A stretch of DNA of 63,986 bases from the NCBI GenBank assembly GCA_964391105.1, contig CAYMKC010000001.1, forward strand, positions 1-63,986. The letters are read 5' to 3'. The stretch's first letter is position 1, and every line of letters begins with the position of its first letter. Of this stretch, positions 16,385 to 25,402 are shown one piece after another. The position numbers were made by a program, and so were the translations under genes. Origin of the DNA: an uncultured Thermoplasmatales archaeon (GTDB lineage Archaea; Thermoplasmatota; Thermoplasmata; Thermoplasmatales; GCA-001856825). The notes under the pieces were generated by a model, which was given only the letters and a program-made list of their open reading frames with translations, was not told the DNA's origin and did not search any database.

Positions 16385-18724
16385 TTGACCGGTGATTTTG
16401 TGTCTGCGGTTCCTGGATCCGGGAAGACAGAAACTCTGATAAACAAGTGCTACGAGCTGTTGGAGGAACATGGGGTTGAGAACGTTGTTGCGATTACATT
16501 CACAGATAGAGCATCAGAAGAACTCATCAGCAGGCTCAAGAAAAGGGCACTCAAAGAGGGAGAGACCGATCTGATAAGACAGCTTCCGGCGTCCAACGTT
16601 GGGACCATTCACAATTTCTGTTCCAAAATAGTGAGGAAGTACGGAGCGGAGATAGGGATTCCGTGGTACTTCAGGGTAATGGATGAGCTGGAGTCATACA
16701 ACCTGCTGGAGAAAAGCATCAGGAGTTTCGTAATTAGGGTCAGAAATGAGAAGAGAGTCACCGATGCGGGGCTTATCCTCCAGAGGATCTTGGACGAATT
16801 CGAGACGGATGTCGAACAGGTAATAAAGGATTGCAGCGATATAATGGAATCTCAGAAGGGATACCTTGATTACATGATGTTTACGAACGGAAGCTTCTTC
16901 TCTAAGTATTCGGCAAAGACATTCGACGAAAGTGTAAGGAAGGAGGTCGCCTCCAGACTAAGGGTATCCATGTTACCAGGGCTCGTTTCGTTCCTTTCGT
17001 CCTTCGTAACAGAATACCAAGAAATAAAGCAGAAAGCTCGATTGATGGACTTCGACGATCTACTTCTCTATACCCTTAAGGTCATGGACGTGAAGGGAGA
17101 GGAGATTGCGAAAAAGTATAGTTACATACTGGTTGACGAGTTCCAGGACACCGACGAGTTACAGATCGCAATATTCGAAAAGTTCTGGAGGCACGGGGCA
17201 TCGTTCTTCGTGGTGGGGGACATAAATCAGAGCATTTATTCGTTCAGAGGAGCTCACCCCGGGGCACAGAAGAGATTCTCCAATCTCATCTCCAACCAGA
17301 CGACGCTAAGAGTAAACAGGAGAAGCGGAAAGAATCTCATCTCTTTCTACAACAGTTTCTTTCCTTCGCTCATGGAATACGAGACCATGGAGGCGTATTC
17401 GGATCGCGATGGTGGCGCGTACTGTCACCTTGATGAGGACAAGCTCCAGTCAGTCGCCGAAATCGCAAAGAAGAGGATACGGGAGGGGGAATTTCCAGGT
17501 AACATAGCGATTCTTAGTAGGATATCCTCGGACTTCTTCAACCTGAGGAGGTACCTCAAACAGGAGGGCGTGGAGAGCGTCTTGATATCGGGCGAATCGA
17601 TCCTGAAATCACAGGAGGGACTCGACGTCTCATCGCTTATCAGGTACCTGTCGGATCCAGGTGATCAAGTGGCACAGGTATCACTCCTATTCTCTCCCCT
17701 CTTTGGGATGAACGTGACAGATCTCGCGAAGTCTAAGGACAAGTTCGACGATATAATTGAATCTAGACTTGGCAAGTATGGGGTAGACCTGAAGAGGGAA
17801 AGGATAGACTTTCTGGTGAACAAGATCTTGCAAAGGGAGGGTTATGTCAGCAGGATCCTGGGAACGAGGGACGGAGAGGAGAGAGTGAGTAGGCTAAGCA
17901 GAGTACTGGAACTCCTCTCGGCCCACGTAACTGCTTACGGAGGAGATGGGCTCTCGCTCATAGAATGGTTAGAGAATGCAAGGGATAGCAAGGAGAGCGG
18001 ACCAATTGAGGATCTCCTAGAAGACAAACAGAGGGTAAAGATCATGACCATTCACCAGGCCAAAGGACTAGAGTTTGGAACGGTGATTGTCTATGACCTG
18101 AGGCCCGGGATGGACAGGGAAAAATACTACGCGGACGAATATGCTGGCATAGTAGCAAAACGGGACAAGGACTTTATCACTTCGCCGAGCAAGAAGATAA
18201 TTGGAAAGAGCGAAAAGCATGGATTCTCTCTGAACGAGGAGTCTAGAATAATGTACGTGGCATTCACCAGAGCGAGGGATGAACTCCACCTGGTCTTCTC
18301 GGACAGGGACTTGAAGGACGAGAGGAGCGCAAAAAAAGGAGATGACCTGATTTCGCTCTTTCAGAAAACCGTGGGGCTCTGGAGGGAGAGCAGAACGGAT
18401 GAGAGGAACGGAGCGCTTGCCAGGGTTGCAATGACCCCATCCAAATTGAGCAAATCTCCCCCCCTTGACCAAAGTAAACCAGTTCAGATTAGGACCGGTT
18501 TAACAAAAAGGGAAGAGATCAGGTTTGAGGTGCAGAGTGACGAAGACAATGAAAGGGCAATAATGCAGTTCGTCAAGGATAAGGGTGACAGGATAAAGGA
18601 GTTCAGGGTATTCTCAAACGGTTCCAGAGTTACGGTTTCTGAAAAGGGTTTAAAGATTTATGAAGATCTGCCTGCACAGAACAACTACTTCGTAAGCAAG
18701 GGCAGGATTGAATACGTACTCTAG
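16385..18724 (+). CDS. UvrD/Rep/AddA-like SF1 helicase without a nuclease domain
   Basis: Helicase motifs present: AVPGSGKTE (I), LVDEFQDTD (II), VVGDINQSIYSFRGA (III), MTIHQAKGLEFGTVIV (V) and MYVAFTRARDEL (VI). Start is TTG at 16385 or GTG at 16400. The gene begins 1 nt after the upstream stop. Confidence 0.85.
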   Translation: MTGDFVSAVPGSGKTETLINKCYELLEEHGVENVVAITFTDRASEELISRLKKRALKEGETDLIRQLPASNVGTIHNFCSKIVRKYGAEIGIPWYFRVMDELESYNLLEKSIRSFVIRVRNEKRVTDAGLILQRILDEFETDVEQVIKDCSDIMESQKGYLDYMMFTNGSFFSKYSAKTFDESVRKEVASRLRVSMLPGLVSFLSSFVTEYQEIKQKARLMDFDDLLLYTLKVMDVKGEEIAKKYSYILVDEFQDTDELQIAIFEKFWRHGASFFVVGDINQSIYSFRGAHPGAQKRFSNLISNQTTLRVNRRSGKNLISFYNSFFPSLMEYETMEAYSDRDGGAYCHLDEDKLQSVAEIAKKRIREGEFPGNIAILSRISSDFFNLRRYLKQEGVESVLISGESILKSQEGLDVSSLIRYLSDPGDQVAQVSLLFSPLFGMNVTDLAKSKDKFDDIIESRLGKYGVDLKRERIDFLVNKILQREGYVSRILGTRDGEERVSRLSRVLELLSAHVTAYGGDGLSLIEWLENARDSKESGPIEDLLEDKQRVKIMTIHQAKGLEFGTVIVYDLRPGMDREKYYADEYAGIVAKRDKDFITSPSKKIIGKSEKHGFSLNEESRIMYVAFTRARDELHLVFSDRDLKDERSAKKGDDLISLFQKTVGLWRESRTDERNGALARVAMTPSKLSKSPPLDQSKPVQIRTGLTKREEIRFEVQSDEDNERAIMQFVKDKGDRIKEFRVFSNGSRVTVSEKGLKIYEDLPAQNNYFVSKGRIEYVL

Positions 18725-18833
18725 CTGGATCTATCCTGCAAATGAACGATTCCCGAATTCATTTAACAGCGAATCTTCGGGAGATAGCGATCCAACCCAA
18801 GATGGTCAGAACCTCAACTTTCCTTGAGAGAGG

Positions 18834-18844
18834 TTTTATATTTT
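18834..18844 (+). promoter_or_regulatory. Candidate TATA box for tRNA-Glu
   Basis: The sequence ttttatatttt is centred about 23 nt upstream of the tRNA 5' end. Confidence 0.35.
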
Positions 18845-18860
18845 CATAGAATTAAGCTTA

Positions 18861-18935
18861 GCTCCGGTAGTGTAGACCGGCCAAGCATATGGGGCTCTCA
18901 ATCCCACGACCCGGGTCCAAATCCCGGCCGGAGCA
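18861..18935 (+). tRNA. tRNA-Glu (anticodon CUC)
   Basis: 75-nt cloverleaf. Acceptor stem is GCUCCGG/CCGGAGC with discriminator A. Anticodon stem is UGGGG/UCCCA with loop CUCUCAA. T arm is CCGGG-UCCAAAU-CCCGG. Confidence 0.9.
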
Positions 18936-19134
18936 CTTATTTTCATCTCGTTTCCTTTACCCGAGATTCCCGTAGCCACTTTTCTAGCGCGTTCCTTTTT
19001 GTGTTTGATTTAGGTAAATTCTTCCAAAGTACTATAAATTCTGTCCAACCGATTTACGGGTCGAAGCCATTCCGAGCGTCAACCCATTCAGTTATTTATA
19101 AGAAATCGAGTGGGAGGTATTAGATATTATCTGC

Positions 19135-19530
19135 TTGGAGAACAGCTCCGCACCTATTTCGTCAAATAGTGAGCAAATTCCGAGAAGGGTGGCTTCGCTC
19201 CTTTCAATTCCGGTAGTGATGCTGGTAGTATATGGCCCAGTTTCCTCTAGTAGTCAGAGCTCGTATTCCATCAGAGGGACCAATAAAGCTCTGTTGCCGC
19301 TGAAGGAAAACAGCGTACCTAACGGTTCGGTGCCTCCAATTTCCGTAACAATAAATGGATCCTCTACCTCCATCGTTGAGAATCAAAGTGATAATTTCAC
19401 ATCTCAGGTAGCAGGATGAGTGCCCCCGTATTCCTACCAGTGATACTGTATTGGCCGGATCGTAGCAGGTGCTACTAATTCAACCTACAACTTTACTAGG
19501 GCTTTCACAGGAAAATACGCCGTGACCTGA
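19135..19530 (+). pseudogene. Decayed ORF, probably a remnant of a secreted or surface protein
   Basis: A single reading frame stays protein-like across three in-frame stops: ...TSQVAG*VPPYSYQ*YCIGRIVAGATNSTYNFTRAFTGKYAVT*. It is rich in N-x-S/T sequons (NGS, NGSS, NST). Confidence 0.4.
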
Positions 19531-20099
19531 AAGTTGTGAACTTCCGAAGTAACTCCTATTCTCTAATTCCGTTACGATCTACTCGATGTCCCATCGCCAC
19601 AGTGCAATGACGGTCAAAAATAGAGGCGACTTCAAATAACATACTCACGAATAAGCCTTCTAAAGATTATGCCAATGTTAGTGGAGGTGAACCACCTTGC
19701 AGGTGCAAATGGTATCTTGATGAGGGGCTGGAGCCCCCCTGCAGAGAACTTGAGAGTCAAACCTTCTCTGATCGAGTACTGCCCCCCCTCGTATTAAACT
19801 GCCTTTATTATCAGGCAAGGAACAAGGCTATGGACGACGGCCACAACGGTGACAACATTCCACTGTTGATTCGGGAAATAATTGAGTCAAGTATCGAGCC
19901 ATTTTTTTACAATGGCAGACCTCGCAAAAACACAATAAATTATCAATTTCAAATCTACCATTAACTTCGCACAGAAGGAAGGCTAAATTTTGATCCTATA
20001 TGCAGGACTCCAAATGACGGTCGTGGACTATCAATCAAATTTAAGACAAGCAGCAGAACATCAATGGTTCGTTTCTCCGTAGCCTCTTGGGGCAAGCAT

Positions 20100-20834
20100 T
20101 CAAGATTTCGTCGATTCGGAGACTATGTGTTCTACTTTTCCAATGAAGGCCTCCCATCGTCTGCGGTTTTCCTTAGTCTGTTTTGTCCCTATTCTGGACA
20201 TGGCGTCTTCAAAGAGTTTATCGGAAGATTTCTTCTCTCTTAGTTTACGGGAGATAAAAGAGAGCTTTTCTTTCAGTGTTTCAGAGTGGAAACTTCGGAA
20301 TAGCGTGATGACTTCCTCGATTTCAAATGGAGCATCCCATATTGCATAAAGGTCGAGAAGATCCTGGTCTCGTCCCGCTTGAAGCTTGAGTACCCATATT
20401 GCTGAGGGTCTTGCAACATTCACTAATGAAGAAGTAGCTCCTCGCAGTGTATGGAGTTTCATTGTTCTGCTATCCTTTCTTATCCACTCTTCTGGAACAT
20501 CGATCTTGGCTTTCCTATCCCTCACAGAGCCAATCAAGAGATCGATCGTTGCCCCATCCTTCTGGTAACGAAGGGCATTAAATTCAAAGTCCGGAAGATT
20601 GGGAAGGTTCCTTCCTTCCAGCCCATATCCTTGTTCGTGAAGAAATGTTTCAAAGGTGGATTGGAGGGAGACGGGGATCACGATGTCTGCATCTTTTGAG
20701 AACCTCGGAGGTCCATAGGCGGCTATTGCATATCCACCTATCAGCGTACCTCCCGTTTTCCACGGCCAAGCATCTAGAAATTGCAGAATCTTTCTTTCCC
20801 TTTCTGTTAGTCTCTGTGTCTGATCAATACTCAA
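20100..20834 (-). CDS. AbiEii/AbiGii-like nucleotidyltransferase (type IV toxin-antitoxin / abortive-infection toxin family)
   Basis: Pol-beta-type NTase motif TLIGGYAIAAYGPPRFSKDADIVIP (GGxA...R.S.D.D). At 244 aa the size fits the family. It overlaps the upstream wHTH gene by 11 nt. Confidence 0.7.
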   Translation of the reverse strand: MSIDQTQRLTERERKILQFLDAWPWKTGGTLIGGYAIAAYGPPRFSKDADIVIPVSLQSTFETFLHEQGYGLEGRNLPNLPDFEFNALRYQKDGATIDLLIGSVRDRKAKIDVPEEWIRKDSRTMKLHTLRGATSSLVNVARPSAIWVLKLQAGRDQDLLDLYAIWDAPFEIEEVITLFRSFHSETLKEKLSFISRKLREKKSSDKLFEDAMSRIGTKQTKENRRRWEAFIGKVEHIVSESTKS

Positions 20835-21387
20835 TTAGATCCTCCGCCTCCGCATAAAGTCCTGGATGATCTCGAATGAGATTCACCACTTCGTCTCTAG
20901 GGATGACTGGTTCTCCGTTTATCAGGACATAGCTTAGATTGTCCGTTCCCCTCAGGTCAACATAACTTCCAACTCTCTTCTTCCCTATGTAAGAAACGGC
21001 GTGCTTCTTCAAGTATTCCTTCCACCTCTCCATATCTGCAATCCTGACGAGTAGGTGGTAAACCATAAGGTAGGAGCTTGGCGAAACTACGTATCCGCCA
21101 TCAGTCCACACTTCCACAGCCGTGCTGTCATTCCACGCCTTTTCGAAAGGCGCACGATCTATAACGTTTCTCACTCTCCTCCATTCTGTTGACCTTGAGT
21201 CTAATTTATTGATGGGTCGGTCAATGACGTACTTGCCCCTACCAGTCCTCCTGACCAACCCCCTCATTTTTAGCTCGGAGAGGAGTCTGTTGGGCCTGGA
21301 GTTCCCAGTGATTCTAGAGACATCACTTAAGCTGAACTCCTTCCTTCCAAATTCCATCTTAAGCACGTCAAAATATTTTGTTGACAC
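20824..21387 (-). CDS. AbiEi-like winged-helix antitoxin/regulator
   Basis: N-terminal segment FSLSDVSRITGNSRPNRLLSELKMRGLVRRTGRGKYVI resembles the AbiEi wHTH ending in the RGxY motif. It is paired with the NTase gene. Confidence 0.65.
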   Translation of the reverse strand: MSTKYFDVLKMEFGRKEFSLSDVSRITGNSRPNRLLSELKMRGLVRRTGRGKYVIDRPINKLDSRSTEWRRVRNVIDRAPFEKAWNDSTAVEVWTDGGYVVSPSSYLMVYHLLVRIADMERWKEYLKKHAVSYIGKKRVGSYVDLRGTDNLSYVLINGEPVIPRDEVVNLIRDHPGLYAEAEDLIEY

Positions 21388-22400
21388 CTATACTAATAAT
21401 CGGATATTATATTTAAATTTAACTATACCATGTGGCATACGTCTTCTATCAATTCAGCCTCTAAAAACTACATAGCACCTAATGTCTGAGCTGCGCTTAA
21501 TCCTAAACACTTCACTTTTTACGAAATATGCCGAGGTCTATCTTCAGTTTTTCCACAAAATTGCCTGCCTTCTTTGTGATTTCACTCATGATCTAGTTGT
21601 AATAACCTCACAGAACGAGTTTTAGAATGTCAGATGGATTGTATTATGACCTTACCGCTCCATCGATGAGCGTGGAATCTGTAAACCCAGATTTTCAAGA
21701 TCGAGTGAATCAACAAGTGAATCGAAGAGTCTTGAATGGTTGTATTACTTAGATGTTTCAATGAGGCTAATCGAGGAATATCTACCTCCCAAAATCCAAC
21801 TCGTTTTGAGTCCTTACCCGATAGGTTCTTGAATAATATTGAAGTCCTCCAAATATGAAGATAGAAGGCGATGCCATTCCTGACACAAGGCGCTACTTTG
21901 GGTACAAGCAGTATTACATTGTCACATCAGAAGGAAGGAGATTATACGTTATCATTCCGGACTATCTCCTCAAAGACAGGCACTGCAACCTTAGGATGGC
22001 TCTAGAATGGGAAGAGACTCCTCAGTAGTTCACCAAGCCGCTCTGTTGGCTCTACAGTCTCCACTAACAATTATGGCTATAGGTTCCTCAGGTACCCAAC
22101 CGACATCATCCACTATAATGATACAGGTCATAGAACTCTCCGGATGTAACAAAGGTGGAGGGGGATATGCGCAATACTCATTCCAGTTCTGGCCAGGTTC
22201 GTTGCAGCCACCGTGATCCTCGTGGGTATTTTCATCTTGGTCCCAGTTCTAAAGAAAAATATCAAAAGAACCACTTCATAAAGACCTCTGAAAAGCAAAG
22301 GAGACGATATTTGGATAAATGGGGGCATTAATACCAACTTACGGAAGAGGATTAAACCTGATTCGACTCCTCTTCCACGAAATACAGACAGCCACTACTT

Positions 22401-22586
22401 TCAGAAAAAGCTCTTCTTTATAGCTTTATCGACCTTCTCTTTTACGTCGGGAGGTATCTCGTTCATGTTGTGTGCGCCCTTTGCGTGATTCACTATGAGG
22501 GGCATCAGTTCCTCCTTAGTTGAGGCCTTGGTTTCAAAGCCACAGTTCATGCCAATATCAGAGCACTTGAAACTGTACTTAGCCAT
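22401..22586 (-). CDS. DUF1059-family small protein
   Basis: 61 aa. MAKYSFKCSDIGMNCGFE...HAKGAHNM matches the DUF1059 pattern. Confidence 0.8.
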   Translation of the reverse strand: MAKYSFKCSDIGMNCGFETKASTKEELMPLIVNHAKGAHNMNEIPPDVKEKVDKAIKKSFF

Positions 22587-22692
22587 GGCAATACAATTTA
22601 ACCTTCAATAAAAATGTTGCGAATTGCTAAAAAATCGAGTTACCACTCAACTTTCCCATAAATCCTTTTTACGTGGTGGGCATTAGACACCA

Positions 22693-23202
22693 ATGGAAAG
22701 ACCTTCCTGGGATGAGTATTTCATGAGAATGGCCTTTATGGCTGCCACCAGATCCAACTGTGTTAGAAGGAAAGTCGGTGCGGTGATCGTGAAGGAGAAG
22801 AGGATTATGGCGACAGGCTACAACGGTCCACCCAGAGGTGCACTCCACTGTGACGAGGTCGGTTGCCTTAGGGACCAGCTGAAGGTCAGAGCCGGTGAAA
22901 GGAGAGAACTTTGCCGGGGACTCCACGCAGAGCAGAATGCAATCATACAGGCGGCATACAACGGTACAGCAATCAATGGTAGCATCATCTACGTTACGAC
23001 ACACCCCTGCTCTGATTGTTCCAAGATGATAATCAACGCTGGAATCAGGGAAATAATATTCTCCGAGGGGTATCCAGACGAGCTCTCAGAACTCATGCTG
23101 ATAGAAAGCGACATCGAGACCAGGCAGTACGATGTTTCCTCGGATTTCAAGAACATACTGTTCGGTCCAAACGTCGAACTGATACACAAATCGAGGGACT
23201 AG
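22693..23202 (+). CDS. dCMP (deoxycytidylate) deaminase
   Basis: Cytidine/dCMP deaminase zinc motifs HAEQNAI and PCSDCSKMI. Confidence 0.85.
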   Translation: MERPSWDEYFMRMAFMAATRSNCVRRKVGAVIVKEKRIMATGYNGPPRGALHCDEVGCLRDQLKVRAGERRELCRGLHAEQNAIIQAAYNGTAINGSIIYVTTHPCSDCSKMIINAGIREIIFSEGYPDELSELMLIESDIETRQYDVSSDFKNILFGPNVELIHKSRD

Positions 23203-23257
23203 CGACCAAGCATATTGTCCCAACCAGAACCTGCTGGAACGTCGGGAGGTTTCAAGA

Positions 23258-24190
23258 CTAGAAGGTGTCCAGTTTGTCCTTTATCTGAAGGTACCCGTCC
23301 TCTATTCTCTTTGTCTGTTCAGCAGAGAGTCTCCATCCATTCGATTGAAGGTTTATTGTTGCCTGATCCCTGTTCTTGGCGCCGGGGATCGGTATGACAT
23401 TTCCCCTCGAAATCAACCAGTTCAGTGCAAGCTGGACCACGGAGTGACCTGTCTCGAGTGAGATCTCCCTGAGCACAGAAAGGAAGGTAGCTATACTGCT
23501 GATGTTCGGTTCTGAAAACAACTTGTTGCTCTTCCTCACGTCAGTTGGTTCCAGGTTGGCGTGATCGTACTTGAAAGTCAGTAGACCCTGAGCGAGAGGT
23601 GAATAAGCGATTACGCTTATCTTCTCCTTGTTGAGGTATGGTAGCATCTCTTCCTCAATTTCCCTCTGCAGTATGTTGTATCTGACCTGGTTAGAAACTA
23701 TGTCCATGTTTGAAAGGTAAGACCTTGCCTCTTCGATCTGGCAAACGCTGAAATTAGAGAGCCCTATGTACCTTATCTTCCCGTCGTTCGCCATTTTTTC
23801 CAGAGTCTTCATGGTCTGCTTGATCGAGGTGTAAATGTCTGGCCAGTGTAGCTGATAGAGATCTACGTAGTTCGTGTTCAACCTCTTGAGGCTGCCATCA
23901 AGTGCCCTCTCTAGATATTCAGGTTTCAGGTGACCTCCTGATGCCTTGGTTGCAATGATAATCTCGTCCCTGATGTCTTTTATGACCTCGCCTATTACAG
24001 ATTCGGAGTGACCATCACCGTATACCTCAGCCGTATCAATGAAATTCAGTCCCATTTCTATAGAAGTAAGAATTGCATTCTTGACGTCGGAATCGACTAT
24101 CTTTCCCCAGCCCTTGGCACCTGCCTGCCAAGCACCGAGACCAATAACAGAAACTTTTAGATCAGATTTTCCTAGATTTGTATATTCCAT
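23258..24190 (-). CDS. Aldo/keto reductase
   Basis: AKR fold landmarks: FIDTAEVYGDGHSE, DLYQLHWPD and IGLSNF. Confidence 0.85.
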   Translation of the reverse strand: MEYTNLGKSDLKVSVIGLGAWQAGAKGWGKIVDSDVKNAILTSIEMGLNFIDTAEVYGDGHSESVIGEVIKDIRDEIIIATKASGGHLKPEYLERALDGSLKRLNTNYVDLYQLHWPDIYTSIKQTMKTLEKMANDGKIRYIGLSNFSVCQIEEARSYLSNMDIVSNQVRYNILQREIEEEMLPYLNKEKISVIAYSPLAQGLLTFKYDHANLEPTDVRKSNKLFSEPNISSIATFLSVLREISLETGHSVVQLALNWLISRGNVIPIPGAKNRDQATINLQSNGWRLSAEQTKRIEDGYLQIKDKLDTF

Positions 24191-24243
24191 GTTCCGACAT
24201 AATAGGGTTTATTATTAATTTTCGTTTTAAGGTTAAATTTCAA

Positions 24244-25335
24244 ATGAGAATCATAAAAAATTCAAGCGTCCTTTCACAGGATTACATCCCCGAAACCATC
24301 ATAGGAAGAGAGGAACAGATCGCGAGGCTCAGAGATCTGATCAGGGGCAGCGATGTCTCATCCGCTTTCATAGTGACCGGAAATCCGGGGACGGGGAAGA
24401 CGTTGATTGGGAAGTACCTGCTCAAGGAAATGAAGGAATTCAAGACCGCATATGTGAACTGTTACATCAACCAAACAGACAGGGCAATAGTCTCAACGAT
24501 TCTCAACAACCCCAACATACGGCTCCCAGAGATAGGCAGCACTAGATCCGAATCCCTCTCGAGTCTCCTGTTCAGGGAGTTGCCAGAGCGGAACAACCTG
24601 ATAGTGCTTGACGAGACTCAATCCCTTAAGAGGACTCATCCCCAGATAGTTTATGCTCTTTCAAGAAGCAAGGAGCTTGGTGGCCCCGAGGTGAAACTTG
24701 TAATGTTCTCGATGGAAGAACCGGAAGTGTATCTTGACAAGAGCACTCTGTCGGGATTGGGAAGATACAACAGATTCGCCCTGAAGGAGTACGACGCGGA
24801 AGAGCTCTACAGGATCATATCTGCTAGAGCGGAAGGGGCCTTCTATGAAGGCTCATACTCCGAATTGGCCCTCCACAGAATATCAGAGCTTGTCGAGGAG
24901 AATGGAAGTGCCAGGATTGCCCTGGAGTTGTTGAAAAATTCCGCACTCTTCGCGGAATCTGGGAATGTGTTCCTGGACGAGGAAGCCGTACTGGAAGCGT
25001 ACAGGGACTTCTCGCCTCCGTTGGAGGAGAGTTCTCTCATAAGCATGGAAGATGAAGAGATCGAGTTACTCAAGTCCCTGCTGGAAGGAGTCAAAGAAAG
25101 GCGCAGTTTCAGAACTTCAGATCTAAGGAGCATCGAGAGCGGTATTAGCGATTCGAAGATTTACAAATTCCTCAAAACGATGGAGACATCGGGCCTCGTA
25201 AAGAAGAGCAAGATAGGAAAGGGATATTCCGGAGGTGTCGAGAACGAATACATCCTCAGAGTGTCGCCACAGATTCTTCTCAGCAAGTTAGAGCTGATGG
25301 AGAAAACACAAGAGTCCTATAGAAAGGAGACGTGA
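24244..25335 (+). CDS. cdc6: Orc1/Cdc6 replication initiator paralogue 1
   Basis: LSQDYIPETIIGREEQI, Walker A GNPGTGKT, Walker B IVLDETQ, and a C-terminal winged helix. The start is set at MRIIKNS; the ORF-track start at 24178 would overlap the divergent AKR gene. Confidence 0.85.
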   Translation: MRIIKNSSVLSQDYIPETIIGREEQIARLRDLIRGSDVSSAFIVTGNPGTGKTLIGKYLLKEMKEFKTAYVNCYINQTDRAIVSTILNNPNIRLPEIGSTRSESLSSLLFRELPERNNLIVLDETQSLKRTHPQIVYALSRSKELGGPEVKLVMFSMEEPEVYLDKSTLSGLGRYNRFALKEYDAEELYRIISARAEGAFYEGSYSELALHRISELVEENGSARIALELLKNSALFAESGNVFLDEEAVLEAYRDFSPPLEESSLISMEDEEIELLKSLLEGVKERRSFRTSDLRSIESGISDSKIYKFLKTMETSGLVKKSKIGKGYSGGVENEYILRVSPQILLSKLELMEKTQESYRKET

Positions 25336-25402
25336 GCAGAACCGAGCTGTTATACGTTGAAAGTTCGAAAAGCTTATATATTGTCATATTAATGTCATTT
25401 AT

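Noticed and set aside
19209-19218. 10-nt identity (TCCGGTAGTG) to the 5' part of tRNA-Glu inside the decayed stretch, considered as a possible att repeat
   Set aside because: By rough expectation, a single 10-mer match between a 75-nt query and about 7 kb of two-strand sequence is not unlikely by chance. It also matches the 5' half of the tRNA rather than the 3' half normally duplicated on integration.
19724-19737. GC-rich hairpin GGGGCT-GG-AGCCCC in the gene-poor region
   Set aside because: A two-nucleotide loop is sterically implausible. It lies inside a protein-like but start-less frame, so it is probably coincidental.
22007-22337. Two overlapping 69-aa ORFs on opposite strands at the right edge of the gene-poor stretch
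   Set aside because: They are mutually exclusive and have no recognisable family. A different minus-strand frame looks more protein-like but lacks a start. I treat them as debris of a decayed gene rather than as genes.
22343-22376. 8-bp perfect inverted repeat GGAAGAGG...CCTCTTCC with an 18-nt loop just downstream of the DUF1059 gene
   Set aside because: It could be a 3' structure, but it is not followed by a T-tract as expected for archaeal termination. I have no supporting conservation, so I did not call it as a terminator.
24178-24243. N-terminal extension of Orc1/Cdc6 paralogue 1 given in the ORF track (MYIPCSDIIGF...)
   Set aside because: It would overlap the start of the divergent aldo/keto reductase gene and adds no Cdc6-like sequence. 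MRIIKNS at 24244 gives a normal Cdc6 N-terminus.
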